A stretch of 64,000 bases of DNA from Spirochaetota bacterium (lineage in GTDB: Bacteria > Spirochaetota > UBA4802 > UBA5550): positions 1,664,001 to 1,728,000 of the forward strand of contig OY760686.1 in assembly GCA_963663865.1 (NCBI GenBank). The letters are read 5' to 3'. Below, one piece after another: positions 29,826-38,547 of this stretch. The position numbers and the translations under genes are program-made. The notes under the pieces are model-generated. The model saw nothing but the letters and a program-made list of their open reading frames with translations. It had not been told where the DNA came from and did not search any database. Numbering within the stretch: the first letter of the stretch is position 1; every line of letters starts with the position of its first letter.

Positions 29826-30545
29826 TTTGGGCAGGGAGCCTGCCGTCTTTTTTCACGCTGGGAGCGTGAGACCTTTTTCTTCGCCACTTATGTCCGGGCG
29901 GAAGTGGTCGACGGCTTTTTCTACCTCCTGTAGGCCGTCGACACTTAAGCATCCAGCTTTTCGGCCAATATCTTTTAGGCGCCGGAAAGGCTGAATTGCC
30001 GCAGGCTTTAACTCGCTCAGCTGCGCGACACGCTTTTCTCCTGGCAGGGGGCCTGCCGGCCATTTTCACGTTGAGAGCGTGGTACCTCTTTTGCCGCTTT
30101 TTGACCGGACAAAAAGCGGTGGGAAAAAGCCGTTCCTCAGGCGCCGGAAGGGCTTGGCTGTAGCTGTTACCAAACTATTCCAACGCCGTTATCATCATCC
30201 TGATGAAACGACGCCCGGGCGATTTGCATCCATGCAAATCGCACTGGTTGAGGTGTTGAAGCAGGGGGCCTGCAGTCTTTTAATTCCGCCATTATGTTCC
30301 TGGCAGCCGATGGCATTTTCGCCGTCCTGGCGGCCATCGGCACTAAAACATCCTGTTTGTCGGACTCCTCGCAGTCGGCCGCGGGGAAAAGCGCTGCGTT
30401 TGTTTGAGCACCAGGTAGAGCCGCCCAATTTGGGCGGCTCTACCTCACCGTGACACGCAGCGCCCCACATCTGACAAGATGAGGAGGGAAGCCGATTTTT
30501 CGCGGCTTGTGCGTAGTTACAGGCACAAAAAAGAGTGTAGATTTA
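29826..30545. repeat. Modular palindromic repeat, copy R3
   Basis: Units at 29830 and 30043; 30005-30298 is near-identical to 28606-28902; GTAG palindrome at 30414-30444. Confidence 0.9.
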
Positions 30546-30639
30546 TAATAAAATTATATAATAGTAGCAAATTCCAATGAGGCTGTTATATAGAGTCTAA
30601 TAGGTCTTGTGTTAAATATAAAGATTGAGGAGTATTCTT

Positions 30640-32197
30640 ATGAAATGGTCTCATCGGGTCTCATCGGGTCTCATCGGGTCTCATTGTATTGGTTTTGTTT
30701 TCTGTTATTGGTTTGTTTTCATGTAGTAATGGAGATGTCGATTTAAAGAATGAACATACAGATGTTACTGCACTTTTAACTGAAAAAGAGATAAAGGCAT
30801 TAAGCCTTCTTCAGGAAACACATTCTGTATCGGATGAGGCTGCGATGTCTGAGGTCGAAAGTGTTATGGAGTTGCTCAACAACGATGACATTAAACGCAG
30901 CGGAGAGATTAAGGACCGCAGGCTAAGCTCGGTCAAGAAAGAATACGTAAAGCCTTCAAAGAATTTTATTTCCAGAGAATTAGTATTAAAAAAAATGCGG
31001 GAATATAAAAATAATAGACTGCATTATCGGTCAAACGAAGAATCTGAAATAGACGAATCTGAGAAGGAGAACACGGAAGCAGAAGATGTACCGCTTTATG
31101 TTTTTAATTTTTCTGACTCTGAAGGCGTGGATGCCGGCTTTGCTATTGTAAGCGGAGATGACCGTACAGACAGTGTTCTTGCTGTTGTTTCTGACGGCAG
31201 ATTGAACTCTGAGAATGATAATCCAGGACTTGCCGTATTCGTGACCCGTATTCCGGATTATATAGACAGTAAAATAGAAGAATACAACAGCATTGATGTA
31301 GCTGATCTGGAATCTGCTCTTGAAAAAATAGAAGACAGTGCCGGCAGTAATTATTCAGAATCGGATTTACCGGAAGCTCTTTCTGGAGAGATTATCACCC
31401 GGGGTAGTTCGACAACAACAACATTTTATGGTGCGTAGACAAAAAATACAGTATACGGCCCGCTTATGGCAACCAAGTGGCATCAATTTTCACCTTATAA
31501 TAATCTGATTGGATATAATACGATTTGTTCAAACAATCCGAATGGGAAACCGGTGGCCGGTTGTGTGGCAATAGCGATTGGTCAGGTTATGGCATATCAC
31601 AAATACCCGGCTGCCTTTGGAGGCGTAACTTATAACTGGTCAAAAATGATAAACCCGTCTGATTCAGCATCAAGGAACATGGCAGCTTCTTTGATTGCAT
31701 CAATAGGCAGGCTTGTTGATATGGACTATGGATGTGATGGCAGCGAGGCATACAGTTCTGAGACAGACGACTGCTTTGACGATATGGGATACAGTACTCC
31801 AAGTAAGTATCAGGATTACAACCTTAATAAAGTGATATCATCTATAGCCAATAGAAAACCGGTTTGTACAGATGGTTATGCTATAAAGGTTAAAGAAAAG
31901 GTATTAGGTTTTACATATAACACATATTACAAAAAAGGACATGCGTGGGTAATTGATGGTTATACGAAGAGGAGCCGTCCAGTAACTCGTTATGTGAGAA
32001 CGTCAACAAAAACTACGAAGACAACTTCGACACAAACAGAGGAATATGTAAACTGCAACTGGGGATGGGGCGCAACCGATAACGGATGGTATCTGAATAA
32101 AGTCTTTGATACTAACAAGAGCGATATTACACTTAAATCTGGAACAGAAAGATATTACCAGTATAAACTTAAAATTCTACCTGATGTTTCGAAATAG
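30640..32197 (+). pseudogene. C10 (streptopain/SpeB) family cysteine peptidase lipoprotein, interrupted
   Basis: Propeptide GFAIVSGDDRT; catalytic AGCVAIAIGQ, GHAWVIDGY and NWGWG; the ATG at 30640 is out of frame because of a 10-bp tandem repeat; in-frame TAG at 31436-31438. Confidence 0.8.
30647..30684 (+). repeat. 10-bp tandem repeat (GGTCTCATCG x3.8) in the signal-peptide region
   Basis: ggtctcatcg ggtctcatcg ggtctcatcg ggtctcat. Confidence 0.95.
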
Positions 32198-32203
32198 AAG
32201 GGG

Positions 32204-32959
32204 ATGGAAACAATGATGAAAAATATATTTAAAACTGTTATATTGTTAGTGTCACTTCTGTTCTCTGGATGTCATGAAGATGAAAATTGGAGTCCTGAGC
32301 CTTTATCAGATTATTTTGTCTGGGAATACACAACAGTAAGGTATATCAATCCGATTGTAATGCTTTATTATGAAGACGAAGAAAGCCATAGTATTTCAGA
32401 TTTTGAGATTGGATTGATGGACTGGCTCTCATACCATAATGATGATTATAATTCAGGCTATTTTTATCGGGACTCACTCAATTATCCTGAGGAACAACGT
32501 GAGAGATTTCTTGAACTGGCTTCAAAAATTAGTGATGGAAGCTTTGGCGGCAAATCATCTAATACTTTTGGTTTTTGCTGTCCTGATGTATCTGTAAGTT
32601 CAATTAACATAAATACAATTGAAGACTACGCCGAAACGCATAAAAGCGGTTCATCTCTAAACGATATAGTTCAAATTGGTTATTTTTGTGCCGACGAGTA
32701 TGTAGATAATGGTTTTAATTTTGATGGAGGCGACCAGATACAGTATTCGTATTCATATGTGTTTGCTCAGAAGGAAGCTCTAATCAGCTTTAATGGTAGT
32801 AAACATACAATTATTGGTTTAGATACAATTAATCTTCAATTAACTATTCCTCCGTCGGACGATGGTGAATACAGTTTTGAGATTGAGTACTGTCAGTCTG
32901 ATGGAACATCATTTAAAGGAACTGTTGGTCCTGTGAATATTAAAGGAAGTTCAAGATAG
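32204..32959 (+). CDS. Hypothetical lipoprotein
   Basis: MKNIFKTVILLVSLLFSGC lipobox; starts 6 nt after the peptidase stop. Confidence 0.65.
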   Translation: METMMKNIFKTVILLVSLLFSGCHEDENWSPEPLSDYFVWEYTTVRYINPIVMLYYEDEESHSISDFEIGLMDWLSYHNDDYNSGYFYRDSLNYPEEQRERFLELASKISDGSFGGKSSNTFGFCCPDVSVSSININTIEDYAETHKSGSSLNDIVQIGYFCADEYVDNGFNFDGGDQIQYSYSYVFAQKEALISFNGSKHTIIGLDTINLQLTIPPSDDGEYSFEIEYCQSDGTSFKGTVGPVNIKGSSR

Positions 32960-33117
32960 AAGTAGTAGGCAGGGAGAGCTTGAGTGCATCATTCAGTGAA
33001 TAACACTTCAAGCTTCCCTGTTTTTTTGGTTTTGCACGATTAACTCTAATCATTCATGCGAATAACAGGCATTTTCTGGTTGAGCTGGATATTATTTTCA
33101 ATCATTAAGTGAATTGG

Positions 33118-33415
33118 TGGTGCGGAGCGCACGGGCTTTTCTTTCGCCACTGTGATGTGCGACACGCTTTTCTTTTAGGCAGAGAGCCTGCCGTCTATTT
33201 TTCACGCTGAGAGCGTGAGACCCTTTTTGGTTACTTTCTTTTTTCGATCCAAAAAAGAAAGTGACCAAAGAAAAAGGGATCTCCTGCGCGGAGGGCGATG
33301 GGACATCCATGTCCAAAGAATTTGTCACTGTGGAATAGTATATGGAGAGATTGCTTTATTTAGTCAGGCTCCTACGGAGCCGGAGAGCGCAGCGTCCTGC
33401 TGCGTTTGAGTTACT
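33118..33415. repeat. Modular palindromic repeat, copy R4
   Basis: GTGCGGAGCGCACGGGC..TTCTTTCGCCACT shared with 25593; unit at 33178; GGTTACTTTCTT..AAGAAAGTGACC hairpin; 33298-33411 shared with 28912-29026. Confidence 0.85.
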
Positions 33416-33424
33416 AAATCTTTT

Positions 33425-36400
33425 ATTGTATTATGTTAAAACCGTAACCAATGCTTTGGGCCATACAGCTGAATTTGCATACGATGCAGGATTAGGAGTG
33501 TTACTCGAGCAGAAAGACCCGAATGATCTTAAAACAAGATACAGTTATAACGGTAAGGGTTTACTGGACGTTATTTCTATAAGAGGTCCTGAGGATAATG
33601 ACTTTCTGCAGCACCGTAGAATTTCCTACAATGACCTTGATTTGCCCGATAAACAACACGTTGAAATACAGGAGCTTGTAGATAGAGATGGGAACTGGAG
33701 AACTACAAAGCAGTATTTTGACGGGCTGGGCCGTACTTACAGGGAAGTTGCAGACGGTAACTATGATTCAAACAATGAGAATGTAGAGAATTATTATTTA
33801 ACCGTTTACAGCTTTGATGATGTTAACCGCGTCAGCGGTAAATCCAATCCGGTTCCTGTGGATGGAAACGGAAACATGCTGATTCAGCCTTCTTATACTC
33901 AATATGCTTATGATTTTGCAGGGCGCCCAATTACTGTCACTAACCCTGACGGGACGGTTTCATCCTACAGCTATAACAGCAGCATTACTGCTGAAAAAGC
34001 TGTTCAAAGTGTTACTGTAACCGATCCGGAGGGGAACTACAAAACCAAGGAGTATGACTCAAAAGGACGCATTGTGAAAGTAAATGATGCGGGCATCGCT
34101 TCAGTTAAATATAACTATGAAGAAGATGCCTTCAGAGTGAGCATAACGGATGCTGACGGACTGGTTTCAAAAATAATTTCTGATTCATTGGGACGGAAGG
34201 TCACTCTGGAAGATCCGAATTCGGGTCTGTGGAGTTATATCTATGACAAAAACGGAAATCTGAAAAAACAGACTGATCCCAAACAGGCAAGCATATCATT
34301 TGCCTACGATGCCTCGAACAGGGTTGTAAAAAAAGACCTTCCGGACAGTGATACCGATGTTGTATATACCTATGACGGTACAGAGGATTCAGCAAAATCG
34401 CATGTTATCGGTCAGCTTACAGGAGTAACCGATGCATCAGGAACAGTGAGCAGTTACTATGACCAGTATGGAAACAGAAAGGCATGGATCAGGACTGTTG
34501 ACGCAGGTAAAGATGACGCCATGAGCTTTTCTTTTTCAGCAGAGTACGACATACGGAATCAACTGAAAACACTCGACTACCCTGATGGTTCGCAGATACG
34601 TAACTATTATTCACCGGCAGGGTTTCTGAGAATGGTGAGACTGATGCGTACGGACAGGGGTACGATTGACAAGCCGGTTTCTGAAGATGATCAGATTGTG
34701 AATGGTAATTTTGGAGCGTAGCTTGTAACATATTTCGGACCTGCAGTTAATAACGGACAGTACGAATTTGTTAGACGTACCGGAAACAATATAAGAACAA
34801 CGGTGTCTGTTGATCCTGAAAATATGCGTGCCGGTCAGATTACGAGCAGAACAAATAACGGACTTGAAGGTTATAGTGAACTTGAGAACACAAGTTATGA
34901 ATATGACAGCGTAGGCAACATAACCTCAATCACTGACAATATTACAGACGACGGTCTGAATGAATCACAGAGCTTTACCTACGATAAACTTTACAGGCTT
35001 AAAACTGCAACAGCATCTTCGCTCTACGGAAGCCTCGAATATGCATTCACAGCCGGAGGAAGGCTGACTAAAAAGGGTAACATATCTCTTGGCTATTCGG
35101 ACACGGCCCATCCTCAGGCGGTAACATCAGCCACTGAAGACGGTGCAACCGTAAACTACGCCTACGATCTGAACGGAAACATGACATCACGAGCGGGGCG
35201 GACCCTCGACTATGACAGTGAAAACAGGCTTACATCAGTCAGTGACGGAGATACTTTAAAACAGAGCTATGTGTATGATGAAAGCGGCAGCCGCATCAAG
35301 AAGGTGAGGGAAGATGGAACGGTTGTCTACTCGATTGACGGGCTGTACGAGGTAGTACGCAATGCCGATGGACTGCTTGAGCATACCAAATATGTACACG
35401 GCATAAAGGGTGAAATGGTTGCCCAGATAACCAAAAACGGGCTGGATATTCGAAGCCTTGCCGCAAACCTCGAACTTCACAGAAAAATGGTGCTTGCCGA
35501 ATCGTACAGTATCGGCGGCGGAAGAGGACTTTACGGAACGATTCTGAGCGCCTGGAAGTCGGCATATTATAAAACAGACTTCTTCCTTGCACGTTATGAA
35601 AATGCAAAAATCTTCTACGTATTCTATTTCTTATTACAGTTTTGGTAATAATTGCCGGTTATGTTTACAGTCAACTGGGCGGCAAATACGAAGGTCACAT
35701 CCTTCAAAATATGCCGGCGTTGAGGCATCTGACGCCTATTGTGTTAATTGCCTTTGTAGCGGTTTTCGGATTTAACGGCTGCTCTTCAGACACAGGCGGC
35801 GATGACCCGAGTTTCCTCGATGACCCGGTACCCATCGACGCGCCGGATACAGGCTCACTCAGCGGTACCTACAACGATGAAACACGGAACGGATTTCCAC
35901 TAGAGGGAACTTACTTCTATCATCCTAACCACCTTGGAAGCGCGTCGTACATAACCGACACAGCCGGAACAGTAATAACGCGATATTATTACAAACCCTA
36001 CGGAGAAATAATCCGTGACAAAAGCTCGGGCGCTGATATAGTCAGGCACAAATTCACGGGACAGGAGGAAGACGCCGAGACCGGACTCATGTACTACGGA
36101 GCGAGGTACTATGATCCGTACATCGGAAACTTTATAACACCGGATTCACTGATACCTGAACCTGAGTACTCACAATCCTTCAACAGGTACATGTACACTT
36201 ATGGCAATCCAGTGAGGTATAATGACCCGAGCGGGCATGCCGCAGAGGAAGCGGTTGCAGTAATGGGGTCGGATCAAGCCTATGATACAGTAACAGTAAT
36301 GGAAGCATGGGTAGGTAACGGCTATGGTACAGCTCAGGCAAGTACTGGTGCCTCGAATAACAATGAGAATAATAACGGGGAAAAAGGTGTAAGCACAGCT

Positions 36401-37132
36401 GCTTCAAAGAAAGGTGTTAACAGTATTTCAACAGTAAGTATTGGTGATAATGAAAGCGATGGAGGTGATTCTGGAAGATCAAAAAATGCCGGTATTAGTT
36501 CCGGGAAAGCTTCAGGCTCACCTCAGTCAGAAAGTTCAACGCATTACGACTCATCGTTCAGGGATATGCTGAGTTCTACAGCAAATGAGTTCGGCAGAGG
36601 CACCGGGATGTTGTTCAACTTCGATTTCGGATACGACTGGGCATCACAGGGGAAAGAAGCAATTGGTTCTGGACGATATGCTTTTGGAGCAGCAAGCTTT
36701 TTGGCTGCCGGAATAGAGGGGACAGTTGATTCCGCGGTGGCATATTTTCTCGGGAAAGCTATTTACGGCAGACTGAGATCGATAGGTGCTGGCGGAGTTA
36801 GTGTTGTAGGCGTTGATTTAGCAAATAGATTTGCGTTTGATCCAACACGTGTTAGGCTCCTAAAAACAGTAATAAATTCTGATGGCACAATTAGAACTTC
36901 TCAAACGGTTCTAAGACAATTATCAAGTACGAGAAGTTATATAACAACACAATCAATTCATGAAACAATTGGTTCTGGTGTAAGAATTGCAGATCCGCAA
37001 GGTGTAGCTGGGCAATTTCTGTACAAATCAAATGCAATTTTCAATGGATCAAGGGGAACTCTTGAAGTATTGATTCATGAACCTACAGGTGTTATTCGAC
37101 ATGTATTATTTAGAAGCGGTGGTGTGCAATGA
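33425..37132 (+). pseudogene. RHS/YD-repeat polymorphic toxin, 5'-truncated, with an amber stop and a frameshift; core and toxin tip intact
   Basis: YD repeats; in-frame TAG at 34719-34721; frameshift near 35615-35645; core HLGS, KFTGQEED, GLMYYGARYYDP, NRYMY and NPVRYNDPSG. Confidence 0.85.
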
Positions 37133-37425
37133 TGAATAACTATTCAAATTACAAAGAACAGATATATGATTTAATTATTAAATATCTTTCAAAAAAAATT
37201 GATGCAGAATATTTTTGTGACGCCTATGAAAATTTATACAATTTGAAATTGGATAAAGATGTGTTGTCTCCATCTGAATATCAAATATTTGCTCGTATAT
37301 TTGATAGTGTGGTATGGTATTCACCGTATGAAAAAGAGAGGGAAGAAATACCTAATTATCTCAGTGATTCTCAGATATTTGAAATTGTCAATAATGCATC
37401 AAAAAAATTAAACATCAATGTATAG
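37129..37425 (+). CDS. Probable cognate immunity protein (colicin-D-immunity-like)
   Basis: Small helical protein overlapping the toxin stop (ATGA); LIIKYL.KKIDAEYFC..Y and IFDSVVWYSPY pattern. Confidence 0.65.
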   Translation: MMNNYSNYKEQIYDLIIKYLSKKIDAEYFCDAYENLYNLKLDKDVLSPSEYQIFARIFDSVVWYSPYEKEREEIPNYLSDSQIFEIVNNASKKLNINV

Positions 37426-37476
37426 TAACAATTAACTCATTACCTTCATAATCAGGAAAGATGTCGCATCAACAAC

Positions 37477-37652
37477 AGGAAGACGCCGAGACCGGACTCA
37501 TGTACTACGGAGCGAGGTACTATGATCCGTACATCGGAAACTTTATAACACCGGATTCACTGATACCGGAACCTGAGTACTCTCAATCGTTTAACAGGTA
37601 CATGTAGACATACGGCAACCCTGTAAGGTACAATGACCCGACTGGGCATGCC
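37477..37652 (+). repeat. Orphan duplicate of the RHS core 3' end
   Basis: 176-bp direct repeat of 36066-36241, ending at DPTGHA, with an internal TAG at 37605. Confidence 0.9.
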
Positions 37653-37710
37653 CGCCTTCGTGACCTGAAGTTTTCTGATTTACAGATATTTTTTAATGCA
37701 AAATTACTCC

Positions 37711-37739
37711 TTGACTAATAACCATAAAATGATTACTTT
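37711..37739 (+). promoter_or_regulatory. Promoter and probable operator of the RelE/XRE TA pair
   Basis: TTGACT-17nt-TACTTT with the imperfect inverted repeat TAACCAT-aaa-ATGATTA between the boxes. Confidence 0.55.
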
Positions 37740-37744
37740 GACTT

Positions 37745-38008
37745 ATGTATGAAGTGAAGATTAAAAAAAATGCACTTAAGAATTTACAGAAGATGCCAAA
37801 GGAGATACAATTTTTATTTGATTCTCTTGTTGATGATTTAATCGAAAAAGGTCCAATTAGAAAAGAATGGCCAAACTTCAGTACGTTAGGAAAAAATGAA
37901 TACCATTGTCATCTATCTTATAAATGGGTTGCATGTTGGTATTATGAAAATAATTCGGTGAGAATTGAGGTTTATTATGCAGGCAGTCGTGAAAACGCCC
38001 CGTATTGA
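37745..38008 (+). CDS. RelE/HigB-like toxin
   Basis: 87 aa, YEVKIKKNALKNLQKMP...YHCHL...VYYAGSRE; toxin-first gene order. Confidence 0.75.
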   Translation: MYEVKIKKNALKNLQKMPKEIQFLFDSLVDDLIEKGPIRKEWPNFSTLGKNEYHCHLSYKWVACWYYENNSVRIEVYYAGSRENAPY

Positions 38009-38345
38009 AATTACAATAAAAGGCGATATTCCTCCTAAGATGATAGCTTTATTAAAAGAAGAATATGGGAAAAAAGTTCATATTATAAATGATGACGATG
38101 ATGAATATGTAAATATAACCACAACTGATTGGTATAAAAAGATTAAAGCAGAAAAAACTCCTGCTGATAATATGAAAATTTATAGAAAGATTCATAAAAT
38201 AACTCAGGAAAAACTTGGAGAAATGCTTGGTAATATTCCGAAACAACATATTTCAAATATGGAAAACGGTTTAAGGCCAATCAGTAAGATTACGGCAAAA
38301 AAATTAGCGAAAATCTTTAATGTATCTGTAGAAAGATTTATTTAA
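37977..38345 (+). CDS. XRE-family HTH antitoxin (HigA-like)
   Basis: ITQEKLGEML...QHISNMENG.RPISK..AKKLAKIF. Confidence 0.8.
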   Translation: MQAVVKTPRIEITIKGDIPPKMIALLKEEYGKKVHIINDDDDEYVNITTTDWYKKIKAEKTPADNMKIYRKIHKITQEKLGEMLGNIPKQHISNMENGLRPISKITAKKLAKIFNVSVERFI

Positions 38346-38547
38346 AAGACAAAAAAGGGCGGGGGTAACGGCATATGACAAAGCTTATGCGCTCACTCGC
38401 TGTCGCTCGTTCTGGCTACGCAACATAGCGGCGTTAAGGCTGCCTCGACTTTGTTTAGGCAAAACGTAAGCCGTAATGCGCTGCCCGAGGGCCGGCAATG
38501 TCAACACCGATTTGTTTTTGCCGTTTTTTGTAGTGTCATCACTAATA

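Noticed and set aside
25264-30470. ORFs overlapping the repeats (25264-25806, 25522-25857, 28515-28807, 29082-29279, 29782-30069, 30079-30470)
   Set aside because: They are open frames arising from GC-rich palindromes; frames differ between copies and no protein motifs are present.
33342-33425. ORF-track start of the RHS gene at 33342
   Set aside because: The first ~28 codons lie in repeat R4; RHS-like sequence begins mid-repeat afterwards, so the gene is truncated.
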